From positions 3,305 to 67,304 of the forward strand of contig CALNZI010000004.1 of NCBI GenBank assembly GCA_942491275.1: a stretch of DNA of 64,000 bases, read 5' to 3'. Position numbers and translations under genes: made by a program. This stretch comes from Minisyncoccota bacterium. Its GTDB lineage: Bacteria; Patescibacteriota; Minisyncoccia; Phycocordibacterales; UBA9973. Shown one piece after another: positions 1-10,070 of the stretch (position 1 is its first letter; each line of letters opens with the position of its first letter). The notes beneath the pieces were generated by a model that saw only the letters and a list, made by a program, of their open reading frames with translations, made no database searches and was not told the DNA's origin.

Positions 1-1
1 T

Positions 2-598
2 ATTGTAATCATAAACGGTTGTGCACAATTTAAACAAGTTGTACAGCAACCCAAACCCAAAAAAGAAATAAAAATATTAAAGGATAAACCAATTCCTTTT
101 AAGGAAAGTTATTTTCAAAAAATTATTTCTGACAATCCATCTTTATTTTATCAAAAATTAAAAGATTCAACCTCATTTTATAACAGTACCGAAATTGTGT
201 TAGAAGGTGAATTTTTCAAACAATCTATTTCTTTTGAAGATAGAAAGATTTCTTTAGTTGATAATATTACAGATGTGAGAAAAATAGTTCCGCAGTTTAC
301 GCCTGGTGGTATCATTGAAATAAAATTTATTTCAACTGGAAAAATGAAAGCCGTTAAGGTTTCATTTTCTAAGAATGAAGCAACCTATGAATTTTATTTT
401 TTTCGTGTAAATGATGGACGGTTTATTCTAAGTGGTAATGCAACCTTAATTTTTAATGGTCGTAAATATCCAGTTACAGCAACCGCAACCACATCTGAGG
501 ATTGTTTTTTGTTATTTTATCTGAATTATAAAAAAAATAAGATTGAGATAAGAGAAGAGGCTAAGGGATGGGTAGAAGAAGGGTGGAAAGAATATTAA
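2..598 (+). CDS. hypothetical protein, 5'-partial (runs off the left edge)
   Basis: The frame of the listed 197..598 ORF stays open back to nt 2 (IVIINGCAQFKQVVQQ...), so the GTG start is probably internal. No recognisable motif. Confidence 0.45.
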   Translation: MVIINGCAQFKQVVQQPKPKKEIKILKDKPIPFKESYFQKIISDNPSLFYQKLKDSTSFYNSTEIVLEGEFFKQSISFEDRKISLVDNITDVRKIVPQFTPGGIIEIKFISTGKMKAVKVSFSKNEATYEFYFFRVNDGRFILSGNATLIFNGRKYPVTATATTSEDCFLLFYLNYKKNKIEIREEAKGWVEEGWKEY

Positions 599-795
599 TT
601 TTCACTTAAATAAATTTAAAAGTGCTTCAATTGAAATTGGAGCTCTTTTTTATGATAAATACTAAGGGTTGACAGATGTAATCAGTTGTGATATGATATG
701 CTCAAATGTTAATTTATATATTGTTGTATTTGCTTCTTATTTTTAGGAATTTTTGGATGTAAATATAACAATATATAAATTTAAAAAACAGAACG

Positions 796-1539
796 ATGAA
801 AAAACTTACAATAGTTTTGATTTTAACTCTAGGTTGGTTAATTTCAAATGGGCAAACAAAATATCCACCCATAAAACCTTATATGGAGAATGACTACAGT
901 ATCTCTCAGGTAAAAATATTTGCTAAAGAGAACACTAAACTTGCCTCAAGTTGGAGGAAAGAACTACTTATCTTAGTGAACTCGGGTTTAATGAAATCTG
1001 GCGAAAACTTTACTGTGAGCAAAGAAGACATAGATTGGATTTTAGATAATGTTATCTACGAAAGAAAAAAACTTTTTTCTTTTAAAAATTCAAGAAATGT
1101 TCTTGAGTCAGTATCTTTTTATCCTGACAAAGATTTTGATGGAATGGTTGGAGTTTTTAAATATGGGAAATGCAGTCTAGTTGTTTTTAAAACGAGATGC
1201 ATTAACCTCTTAAAGGTTCCAGTAGAAATTATTGAACCATTTAATCCCGGATCTTTCTCTTTGCAGGAGCAAAATGTGAACGATTGGGAATATGTTGTTC
1301 CTAAAAAAATCTCTGGAGAAGGGAAATTGTCTACAAATTTTGAACTTGATTTATATCAAGATCGAGATTCTAAAAAAATAATTCGAAAAAAAACCTGGGT
1401 TGGTAAAAACCTGGGTTGGATAATTCCAGCAGTAGGAGTAGCAGGAACCTCTATTTATTTCTTACTAAAAGAAAAAAAGGGAATGACACCTGATCCTAGG
1501 ACTATGCCACCAGGCATAGGAATTGTTCTAAAGCTTTAG
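796..1539 (+). CDS. hypothetical secreted / C-terminally membrane-anchored protein
   Basis: N-terminal signal-like segment MKKLTIVLILTLGWLISNG. C-terminal hydrophobic segment WIIPAVGVAGTSIYFLL. TTGACA / TATGAT promoter-like pair near 667-700. Confidence 0.6.
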   Translation: MKKLTIVLILTLGWLISNGQTKYPPIKPYMENDYSISQVKIFAKENTKLASSWRKELLILVNSGLMKSGENFTVSKEDIDWILDNVIYERKKLFSFKNSRNVLESVSFYPDKDFDGMVGVFKYGKCSLVVFKTRCINLLKVPVEIIEPFNPGSFSLQEQNVNDWEYVVPKKISGEGKLSTNFELDLYQDRDSKKIIRKKTWVGKNLGWIIPAVGVAGTSIYFLLKEKKGMTPDPRTMPPGIGIVLKL

Positions 1540-1794
1540 ATCTTTTCAAATAAAGTAAATAACCTAATTTAAAAAATTATTCAAAAGAATAATCAAAAGA
1601 AAGGTTGTTTTTAAAATTAATGGATGATATATAATTAATTATATATCATCCACTTTCTTAAGTCTTTAAACCGTTTAGTTTGAAGGTTTAAAATTGTAAA
1701 ATTAATAGAAATATAGATTTTAATACCTTGACTTATCTATAAATTATGATATAATATATAAATAAGATTAAATTATTAAACATTATTAAATTAT

Positions 1795-4700
1795 ATGAAA
1801 AATTATATGAAGAAAACAATATATTTGGTCGTGCTTGGAATTGCATTCTTGGCCTCTTTTGGGCAAGTAAATGCAGCTTGGAATACCTATGCAACTGATT
1901 GCCCCAATTCACTTTCAATAGGGAACTATACTACTAGTGAAGGTGTTCAAGATGGAAACAATGGTTGTTGGACAAAAAAAAGTGTTTCTGCCGATGCCGG
2001 ACAGACAATTAATGTGGCTGTTTATTATGATAATACTAATAGTACGGATGCAAACAATGTTGTTATTAATTTAAATCAATCTCCGTCCTTTGGTTCAAAA
2101 AGCTCTAGTCATTCTTTCTCTGGAAATCTAACCTCTAGTGTAGGGTCTTTATATTTAAGTAGAGTTACTGCAAATCTTTCAGCTTCAGAATCTTTAACCT
2201 TCAGTCAAGCAAAATGGTTTAAAAATGGATCTTCATATGGATCTTATCTTTCTAATGGAAATAGCGCTCTTTATGGAGGACTTTCTTTGGGAACTATTAG
2301 AAAAGGTGATTGGGGAACTGTTGTTTTCTCTTTTGTTATAAGTAAAACAGTAATTATTCCAAGTGCTTGTAAAATTGATAATTTTTCAGCAAGTCCTACT
2401 ACTATAAACAGTGGTTCTTTTTCACGTCTTTCATGGAATACATCAGATTGTGATTCAGTTAGTCTTTCAAGTTATGGAAGAGTTAACAAAGATTACTATA
2501 AGAATGTTTCACCAATAGAAGATACAGTCTACACCCTGACTGCTTCCGGAGCCTATGGTTCTTCTGATTCAGAAACAGTTGAGGTTAAGGTTAATCAACC
2601 ACAAGCTTGTACAATAGATAAACTTGAAGTTACACCTTCCTCAATAAATAGAGGTCAGTCTTCAATAATTACCTGGAAAACAAGTAATTGTAATCTTCTT
2701 ACTTTTTCAAATGACACCAACTATGGCAACCTACAAGGACAATTTGAACTTTCAGGAAGCAGAACAATTTCTCCTGAGCGTGACACCATTTTTTCTTTGA
2801 ATGCTATTGGACCAAACAATAGTCGGGATTTTGATTTTACTAAACTTACTGTTACTCAACCACAAGTTTGTGAAATAAATAGTTTTACTGCTGATGGTTC
2901 TTCTTCTACTACAATCACAAAAAATGAATCTGCAACATTAGACTGGAATACAACTGGTTGTGATAAAGTTACAGTTTACCCAACCCTAGGACAAGTAGAA
3001 CTTGTTGATTCAAAAGATGTTTTACCAACAACAGACAAAATATATACAATAAGTGCTTATTTAAATGGAATACTTCAAAAAACTAAAACAGTTAGAGTCA
3101 ATGTTATAAATCTTCCAAATCCAATTTGTAAAATAAATAGTTTTACAGTTAATAATTCTTACTCTACTAATACCACAATAAATAGAGGTACTTCTGCTGT
3201 TTTGTATTGGGACACTAAAGATTGTCAGAGTGTGGCTATTTCTTCTTTAAATATTAATAATAGAAAATCAGGGAATGAAACTATTTCTCCTGATTCAAAT
3301 ATTACTTATACATTAACTGCTGTTGATCAGTTCAATTCTCCTCGAGAAAAAGAAGTTACTATTACTGTTAATCAACCAGGGATTATGGAAGGAAACATTC
3401 AAGCTTCTCCTTCAACTTGTCAAATCCAAGCAGGACGTTCCAATTGTGATACAACCTTAACTTGGAGTACTTCAAATCCTGAAAAAACTTCAGCTGTTAC
3501 AAGTAACAATAACACAATCGCTAATGGAAATTTTGGGTATAAGAATGTTTTAGTTTCTCAAGGAGATCAAACTTTTTATCTTTATAATAATTCAAAACAA
3601 TTAGATTCAATTACTGTTTCAGCTACCTGTGAATCGGGATCAAATTGGAAAGGATCATCTTGTGTAAAAGAAACAAACCCTGTTTATAGTTGTTCTATTT
3701 CAAGTTTTAAAGTCAATGGAGTTACTTCAGCCACAATAACAGCAGGACAAACTGCTGCGTTAACTTGGGCTTCTGATCATTGTGATTATGTTAATATTAC
3801 TCCTGATGTTGGAGAACAATTAGATCCAAACGATAGTCATCCTATTTATCCAATAATAAATACCACCTATAGAATAATCGGTTATAACTCTCTGGGTCAA
3901 AGTTCAAGTAAAACTGTTTTCATTAAGGTTAATCCCGTTATAAATCCAACATATAGTTGTAGGATTACTAGTTTTACAGCTGATGGTGATTTATATACCA
4001 CAGTAGAAGAAGGAGATGATGTTAATTTATCTTGGGCAACTGAACATTGTAATTCTGTAAATATTACCGATGTTGGAACTGGCTTACAGTTCAATGGAAG
4101 TAGAACAATTTCTCCATCTTCCACTAGAACATATAAGATTACTGCCAGTGGAAATAGTAGCTCTGTTTATGGCTCAAGATACTCAAATATAAGTCGTACA
4201 GTGAGAGTTACTGTTGTTCCAGCCACAGAAGAAAGATATTCTTGTTCAATTACACGATTTTCTGTTGATGATTCTCGTATTGAATATGGTGAAGATACAA
4301 GACTTAGATGGGACACAGATGATTGTTATTCTGTAAACATTTCAAATATTGGAAGTGTTTCTAAGTCAGGAAGTCAAAATATTTATCCTTCAGGGTCAAC
4401 CAGCTATGTTATTACCGCCTACGGTTCAAATGGTTCACGCCAAACTCGATCTCTTTATGTAAATGTGGATGGCAATAGATATTACCCACCAGTTTATCCT
4501 CCTGTTTACCCTCCAGTATATCCACCAGTTTATAATAATTGTTCAGTTTTAAGCTTTACCTTGAGCCAAAATTATATTAATAGTGGCTCTCCTGTAACAA
4601 TGTATTGGAATACAAGTAACTGTAATTCAGTTAATATTTCAGGAGTGGGAAGTGTTGCTGCTTCAGGAAGTCGTATTTTGTATCCTTCCGGAACAACAAA

Positions 4701-5664
4701 TTATACTTTAAGTGCCTATGGTTCAAGTAATGGAACTCAAACTAGAACAGCTTCGGTTGTTGTAAGTAATGTTAATCCGAATCCACCAACACCAATTTAT
4801 AATAATTGTGCTGTAACAAGTGTTGCCACAAACATTACTCAAAACACAGCAACTGTTAATGGCTTGTTCACAGATTCAAGTTCACGCAGTAATGCTTACT
4901 TTGAATATGGAACAACTGTTAATCTTGGACAAAGAACTTCAGCGGTTTCATACTCAGGAAATACATCATTCAATCAAAGTTTAACAGGACTTGCGGCTAA
5001 TCAGATTTATTTCTTTAGAATGGTTTCAAACTGTCAAAATGGTGCCGTTGGGTATGGATCAATTGAAATCTTTAAAACTCTCGGATCACAAGTTGTTAGA
5101 CCTATTATAATTCAAGGAACAACAGTTGTTGGATCAGCTTCTCCTATTATGCTTAAAATAGAAGATCGCTATGAAGCAATTGGTAAAGGAGACATTATTG
5201 ATTACACTGTAACCTACAAAAATATTGGAAAAACAACTCTAACAGATCCGATTCTTCAAGTTATAGCTCCAAAGGGCATTAATATTATTAATGCTTCAAA
5301 AGGAAACTATGCAGCCGACACAAGAACTTTGACAATTAAATTAGACGACCTGAGAAGTGGAGAAGAAGGAATAATTTATGTTCAAGGAGAAGTGAATCTA
5401 ATTCCAGTTAATACTCAACAAATAGTAACAACAGCATTATTGGTTTATACAAACACCAATGAAGCTCAAGAAAATGCAATTGCCTATGTGTTAAATATTC
5501 CAAAAGTGTTCAACAGCAACTCTCTTGGAGCAGCCGCTTTCTTTGGAGGATTATGGGGATTTGGTCTTATTGGATGGTTATTGATAATCATACTAATATT
5601 ACTTATCATCCTTATTGTCCGCCGATATTTTTACTACCCAGATGGAAGTAGAAATAATAACTAA
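1795..5664 (+). CDS. giant cell-surface protein (1289 aa): signal peptide, about nine Cys-bracketed Ig-like repeats, YPPV linker, Fn3-like and DUF11-like domains, C-terminal TM anchor
   Basis: Signal peptide ...LASFGQVNA|AW. Repeated ~85-95-aa units of the form C-x-I-x-x-F...W-x-T-x-x-C-x-x-V...Y-x-L-x-A. FEYGTT...YFFR segment (Fn3-like). DYTVTYKNIGKTTLTDP (DUF11-like). Terminal LIGWLLIIILILLIILIVRR anchor. Confidence 0.85.
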   Translation: MKNYMKKTIYLVVLGIAFLASFGQVNAAWNTYATDCPNSLSIGNYTTSEGVQDGNNGCWTKKSVSADAGQTINVAVYYDNTNSTDANNVVINLNQSPSFGSKSSSHSFSGNLTSSVGSLYLSRVTANLSASESLTFSQAKWFKNGSSYGSYLSNGNSALYGGLSLGTIRKGDWGTVVFSFVISKTVIIPSACKIDNFSASPTTINSGSFSRLSWNTSDCDSVSLSSYGRVNKDYYKNVSPIEDTVYTLTASGAYGSSDSETVEVKVNQPQACTIDKLEVTPSSINRGQSSIITWKTSNCNLLTFSNDTNYGNLQGQFELSGSRTISPERDTIFSLNAIGPNNSRDFDFTKLTVTQPQVCEINSFTADGSSSTTITKNESATLDWNTTGCDKVTVYPTLGQVELVDSKDVLPTTDKIYTISAYLNGILQKTKTVRVNVINLPNPICKINSFTVNNSYSTNTTINRGTSAVLYWDTKDCQSVAISSLNINNRKSGNETISPDSNITYTLTAVDQFNSPREKEVTITVNQPGIMEGNIQASPSTCQIQAGRSNCDTTLTWSTSNPEKTSAVTSNNNTIANGNFGYKNVLVSQGDQTFYLYNNSKQLDSITVSATCESGSNWKGSSCVKETNPVYSCSISSFKVNGVTSATITAGQTAALTWASDHCDYVNITPDVGEQLDPNDSHPIYPIINTTYRIIGYNSLGQSSSKTVFIKVNPVINPTYSCRITSFTADGDLYTTVEEGDDVNLSWATEHCNSVNITDVGTGLQFNGSRTISPSSTRTYKITASGNSSSVYGSRYSNISRTVRVTVVPATEERYSCSITRFSVDDSRIEYGEDTRLRWDTDDCYSVNISNIGSVSKSGSQNIYPSGSTSYVITAYGSNGSRQTRSLYVNVDGNRYYPPVYPPVYPPVYPPVYNNCSVLSFTLSQNYINSGSPVTMYWNTSNCNSVNISGVGSVAASGSRILYPSGTTNYTLSAYGSSNGTQTRTASVVVSNVNPNPPTPIYNNCAVTSVATNITQNTATVNGLFTDSSSRSNAYFEYGTTVNLGQRTSAVSYSGNTSFNQSLTGLAANQIYFFRMVSNCQNGAVGYGSIEIFKTLGSQVVRPIIIQGTTVVGSASPIMLKIEDRYEAIGKGDIIDYTVTYKNIGKTTLTDPILQVIAPKGINIINASKGNYAADTRTLTIKLDDLRSGEEGIIYVQGEVNLIPVNTQQIVTTALLVYTNTNEAQENAIAYVLNIPKVFNSNSLGAAAFFGGLWGFGLIGWLLIIILILLIILIVRRYFYYPDGSRNNN
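2365..4800 (+). repeat. tandem array of about nine divergent ~260-290-nt domain repeats inside the surface-protein gene
   Basis: Units begin ACKIDNF, ACTIDKL, VCEINSF, ICKINSF, (variant) STCQIQ, YSCSISSF, YSCRITSF, YSCSITRF, NNCSVLSF. Each carries a second Cys about 27 residues later (W-N/D-T-x-x-C). Confidence 0.7.
4480..4533 (+). repeat. 12-nt tandem repeat encoding YYPPVYPPVYPPVYPPVY
   Basis: tat tac cca cca gtt tat cct cct gtt tac cct cca gta tat cca cca gtt tat. The copies differ only at synonymous positions. Confidence 0.9.
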
Positions 5665-5672
5665 TTAGAAAT

Positions 5673-5706
5673 AAAATCCCTCTTGGTTCAATCCAAGGGG
5701 GATTTT
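5673..5706 (+). terminator. rho-independent terminator after the surface-protein gene
   Basis: aaaatccctcttgg-ttcaat-ccaagggggatttt hairpin with a U-run. Confidence 0.7.
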
Positions 5707-5722
5707 ATGTTAATATATGATT

Positions 5723-6157
5723 ATGAAATCTTTTACTTTAAAGGAAATTAAAGAAGTGGCTAAGAATCTTTTTAATGATGTTGTTAAAAAGAAAAAAAAT
5801 AAAGCCATGGTTATTTCTTTATCAGGTGAACTAGGGGCAGGCAAAACGACCTTGACTCAAGAGATAGCAGGACTACTTGGAATTAAAGAAAAAGTGGTTT
5901 CTCCGACCTTTGTAATAATGAAAAGATATGAAACCACCAGCCAAGATTTTAAGTATTTAATTCATATAGACGCATATCGTTTGGATAGTAGCCAGGAATT
6001 GTTGGCCCTTGGTTGGAAGGAATTAATGGAAAATGAGGAGAATTTGGTTGTTTTGGAGTGGCCGGAAAGAGTCCCAGAATGCTTGGAGGATAACGTTTGT
6101 AGGGTCATTTTAGGCCATAGGGACGAAAGGACCAGAACCATTGAAACTCTGCTATAA
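5723..6157 (+). CDS. tsaE: tRNA t6A37 biosynthesis ATPase TsaE
   Basis: P-loop SGELGAGKTTLTQ, HIDAYRL and typical size. The ATG at 5723 sits 6 nt after the tgttaatat -10-like box (the ORF track starts at 5717). Confidence 0.8.
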   Translation: MKSFTLKEIKEVAKNLFNDVVKKKKNKAMVISLSGELGAGKTTLTQEIAGLLGIKEKVVSPTFVIMKRYETTSQDFKYLIHIDAYRLDSSQELLALGWKELMENEENLVVLEWPERVPECLEDNVCRVILGHRDERTRTIETLL

Positions 6158-6164
6158 TTAGAAG

Positions 6165-8560
6165 GTGAAGGAAAAAATAAAACCTAAAAAAGAAAAATTA
6201 GTTCTTCTTGATGCCCATGCAATTATTCATCGGGCTTACCATGCTTTGCCAGAATTTATGAATTCTAAAGGAGAACCAACTGGAGCGATTTATGGAATAG
6301 CTACCATGCTTTTTAAGATTATTACAGAATTAAAACCTGATTATATTATTGCTTGTTATGACTTACCTAAAAAAACTTTTAGACATGAAGCCTATAGTGA
6401 TTATAAAGCTGGGAGAGCTAAGTCCGACGATGCTCTTGTTTCTCAATTAATAAAATCTAGAGATTTCTTTAAAGCTCTATCTATTAAAATATACGAAGCC
6501 GAAGGCTTTGAGGCCGATGATCTTCTTGGAACTATTGCTAAACAAGTTACAAAAAAGAAGAAAAATATTGATGTGGTTATCGCTTCTGGAGATATGGATA
6601 CTCTTCAATTGGTTGATGATAAAAATGTTTTTGTTTATACCCTGAAGAAAGGAATTAATGACACAATTTTATATGATGAAAAGGCCGTAGTAGACCGTTT
6701 TAAATTTAAACCAGAGTATTTACCGGATTATAAAGGGTTGAGAGGGGACCCTTCCGATAATATTATTGGTATTAAGGGAATTGGAGAAAAAACAGCTACT
6801 ATTTTAATTTCAGAGTTTGGTTCATTGGAAAAGATGTATAAGGTTCTTAAAAAAGACCCGGAGTATATTTCTAAACTAGGAATTACTCCTCGCGTTTTAA
6901 ATCTTTTGAAAGAAGGAGAGGAAGAAGCTTTATTTTCTAAAACCCTAGCAACGATTCGTCGCGACGTACCCATTACTTTCAAAATTCCTAAAGATGTTTG
7001 GGAAAAAGAAGTTAAAGTTGAAGAGGTGGCGGACTTTTTTAAAGAGATGGAGTTTAGAAGTTTACAGGGAAGATTTTTAAATTTGTTTAAAAAAGAAGAA
7101 GGTAACCATTTAGACAATTTTACAGAAGAAAAAGAAGTTGAATATAAAGAGGAAGACAAAATTAAAATAACCAAAGCCCAGATTGCCTATTGGCTTTTGA
7201 ATTCAGAAAAAACCAATCCAGATTTAGAGGAAGTCGTTGATTATCAAGGAAGTAGTAATTTAGACGAATCATTGGAATTATTAGAAAAAGAGGTTGAAAA
7301 ACAAGGCTTAAATTACGTTTACAAAGATATCGAAATTCCAATTATTCCCATAATTAAAAAAATGGAAGAAAATGGTATTTTAGTGGATGCTAAATATTTA
7401 AATAAATTATCAAAGAAATATCACACACTTTTATCTAAACTAGAAAAAGACATTTGGGAATTAACAGAAAGTGAATTCAATATAAATTCACCGAAACAAT
7501 TAAGCGAGATTCTTTTGAAAGATTACAGCTTTCATCCAAAGGGATTAAAAAAAATCCAGGAGGTACACTTTCCACTCGAGAAAGTGAATTAGAAAAATTA
7601 AAAGACATACATCCAGTTATTGGAAAAATTTTAGAATATCGTGAGTTACAAAAACTGCTTTCAACTTACATTGATACAATTCCAAATGCTATTCATGAGG
7701 ATGGTCGTTTGCATGCAAATTTTATTCAAACAGGCACAACCACAGGACGCTTCTCTTCAAATAATCCTAATTTACAAAATATTCCAACCAAAACAGAAAA
7801 AGGGAGAAATATTAGGACTGCTTTTGTCGCGCCAGAAGGAAGTGTTTTGGTTTCTTTCGATTATTCACAAATAGAACTACGAGTAGCAGCTCTAATGTGT
7901 CAAGATTCATTTTTTATAGAAGTTTTTAACAAAAGGGAGGACGTTCATTCGGCTGTGGCCATGAAAGTTTTTGGTGTTAAAGAAGAAGAAGTGACTCCGG
8001 ATATGCGTCGTCGTGCCAAGGTTATTAACTTTGGTATTTTATACGGCATGGGCGTGAATGCTTTGAAAGATAATTTAGGCACCGACAGGAAAGAAGCTCA
8101 AATTTTTTATGATAATTATTTTGCTCAGTTTCCAACCATCGCTGCTTATTTGGAATCCATTAAGATTTTTGCTAAAGAGAAAGGATATACTTTAACTCTT
8201 TTTGGAAGGAAAAGATATTTTCCTGGAATTAAATCACCACTTCCTTTTCTTAGAGCAATGGCGGAAAGAATGGCTATTAATGCTCCCATTCAGGGGACAG
8301 CTGCTGATATAATAAAGATTAGCATGAAAAAAGTTGATGAAGAACTAAGGAACGCTAAAATACAAGATGAAGTAAAACTTGTTTTACAGGTCCACGATGA
8401 GTTAATTTTTGAAATAAAAAAAGATAGGGTTGATCAGGCTGTGGAAATTATCAAAAAAGCTATGAAAAATGTTATGCCTATTGAGTTTTTGAATGACCTT
8501 GAGTCAGTTCCTTTTGAAGTTTCCTTTGGAATTGGTAAAAATTGGGGAGAGTTAAAATAG
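6165..8560 (+). CDS. polA: DNA polymerase I (5'-3' exonuclease plus polymerase domains), reading frame interrupted by one -1 shift at an A8 run
   Basis: ORF 6165..7592 has the 5'-nuclease motifs (LLDAHAIIHRAYHAL, GIKGIGEKTA). After the a8 run at 7547..7554 the -1 frame reads KNPGGTLSTRESELEKLKDIHPVIGKILEYRELQKLLSTYID...HANFIQTGTTTGRFSSNNPNLQNIP and continues to 8560 (YSQIELRV, QVHDEL). Confidence 0.9.
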
Positions 8561-8596
8561 TGGCATAAACTCACAGTCAGTGATAAAATTGATAGT

Positions 8597-9100
8597 ATGG
8601 AGAATGAAGTAGAAAATACTAATACAAAGCAAAACCCTCCTTCTGGCAAGGGTTATATTCACTTTGTTTTATCACATGCTTATACTATGTTTCTTTTTTC
8701 CGTTGTGTTGGGCGTTGTATTTGATATTGTTGTGCCCCTTGATATTTTTTCCAATGAAATTTACCAATATGTGGGGCTGCTGATGATATTCATTGGATCA
8801 TTCTTTGTTTACTGGGCTCAGTTTTCTTCTAGTAAGGCTGGCAGAAAAAGAGACCTAGAAAAATCAAACTTGAATTTTCATCAAGGCCCTTATAAATATC
8901 TAAGACATCCAACTCACTTCGGACTTTTTGTTATGACTTTGGGTTTGGCTTTTATTATAAATTCCCCCTTCTCTATTTTTCTTACTATAGTTGCCCATGT
9001 AATTATAAAATTAGTTTTTATTAAAAAAGAAGAAAAATTGCTAGAAAAAAAATATGGAGATTCCTATCTTGAATATAGGATGAAAAATAAAAAGAAATAA
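8597..9100 (+). CDS. isoprenylcysteine carboxyl / phospholipid methyltransferase-family membrane protein
   Basis: Multi-TM protein with GPYKYLRHPTHFGLFVMTLG (ICMT/PEMT-type RHPxY motif). Confidence 0.6.
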   Translation: MENEVENTNTKQNPPSGKGYIHFVLSHAYTMFLFSVVLGVVFDIVVPLDIFSNEIYQYVGLLMIFIGSFFVYWAQFSSSKAGRKRDLEKSNLNFHQGPYKYLRHPTHFGLFVMTLGLAFIINSPFSIFLTIVAHVIIKLVFIKKEEKLLEKKYGDSYLEYRMKNKKK

Positions 9101-9732
9101 TGATTTATATTTTAGTCGGCAGTGACTTAAAAAAGAAAACTCTTTACGTAAAAAAACTTTCCGGAGATCAGGATCGGGTTTTTTTGTCCTACGATAATAT
9201 TACAAAGGAATTACTACAGAATTATGCCAATAGTAATTCTTTATTTGGAGAAGTTCCTGTTATTTTAATTGAAAATTTAATCGGAGAAGGGGATTTGGTT
9301 TTTTCTCCTGAAGAATTGGAAGAATTTAAAAATTCTCAAACCACTTTTATTCTTTTGGAAGATAAACTATTGATGGTTGATGAAAAAAAATATAAAAAAT
9401 ACGCGGAAATTGAAAAATTTGATATAAAAGAAATAAAAAAAGTTCCAGTGAATAGTATATTTGAAATTACAGATTCTTTTGCCCGTAAGGATAAAGTTAA
9501 AACTTGGACTCTTTATTGCGAAGCCGTTGAGGCTGGAGTGGGGCCGGAGTCTATATCTGGAATGCTTTTTTGGAAGATTAAAACAATGATTTTAAATAAT
9601 AGTAAAGCTTTTCCCTTGGATGTATTAAAAAAACAATCTTCAGAATTAGTTTCACTTCATCACAAAGCCCATAGAGGAGAAGTTGATTTTATTGTGGGCC
9701 TAGAGCAGTTTATTTTGGATTCTTTAAGTTAA
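9100..9732 (+). CDS. hypothetical protein (possibly a short DNA polymerase III delta-like protein)
   Basis: Only a weak resemblance: an MIYILVGSD... N-terminus and a helical C-terminus. The start overlaps the upstream stop (ATGA). Confidence 0.3.
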   Translation: MIYILVGSDLKKKTLYVKKLSGDQDRVFLSYDNITKELLQNYANSNSLFGEVPVILIENLIGEGDLVFSPEELEEFKNSQTTFILLEDKLLMVDEKKYKKYAEIEKFDIKEIKKVPVNSIFEITDSFARKDKVKTWTLYCEAVEAGVGPESISGMLFWKIKTMILNNSKAFPLDVLKKQSSELVSLHHKAHRGEVDFIVGLEQFILDSLS

Positions 9733-10070
9733 CTCGGATAGAGAAAAGAATAAAAAAAAGCCTGGAATAAAAATATGGGTGTGGGGGAAAAGAAAAGGCT
9801 TGGAAGTCGAACCTCAAAATTTGAGAACCGGCTTCCAAGCCTTTGAGCTTTTAGAAACAAAGAACATTATACTTCTCTATCTTAATAATAAGTATAAATA
9901 ATGAACTAATTTTTCTGTCATTAAATAATTTCGTATTTTTTTAACCCTTTTCATTGAAGGGGGACAATTGAATATTTTATGACATGTAAAAACAACTTGC
10001 GTACATTATAACGCTCAATTTACATATTTGCAAAGAGGGTTGGGGATAACCCCCACCCATATTATTTATG

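Noticed and set aside
1733-1918. 61-aa minus-strand ORF overlapping the promoter and 5' end of the surface-protein gene.
   Set aside because: Low-complexity, AT-driven translation antisense to a strongly supported gene and its promoter region.
3897-4124. 75-aa minus-strand ORF inside the surface-protein gene.
   Set aside because: Antisense to a CDS with clear domain periodicity. No motifs. Typical shadow ORF.
4480-4533. Short tandem repeat that might suggest a CRISPR array or microsatellite.
   Set aside because: It is in frame inside a CDS and encodes (Y)PPV x4. No spacer-repeat organisation exists anywhere in the window, and no CRISPR array or cas genes were seen.
6728-7174. 148-aa minus-strand ORF inside polA.
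   Set aside because: Antisense to conserved 5'-nuclease motifs. Serine/leucine-rich shadow translation.
7641-7874. 77-aa plus-strand ORF between the two polA pieces.
   Set aside because: It is the third frame across the polA interruption. The Pol I sequence is read in the -1 frame from 7553 onward, so this ORF is spurious.
9796-9842. Possible tRNA fragment, suggested by ggaagTCGAACCtc.
   Set aside because: It folds as one long simple hairpin (aggcttggaag...cttccaagcct) with no cloverleaf. It is most likely a terminator between convergent genes.
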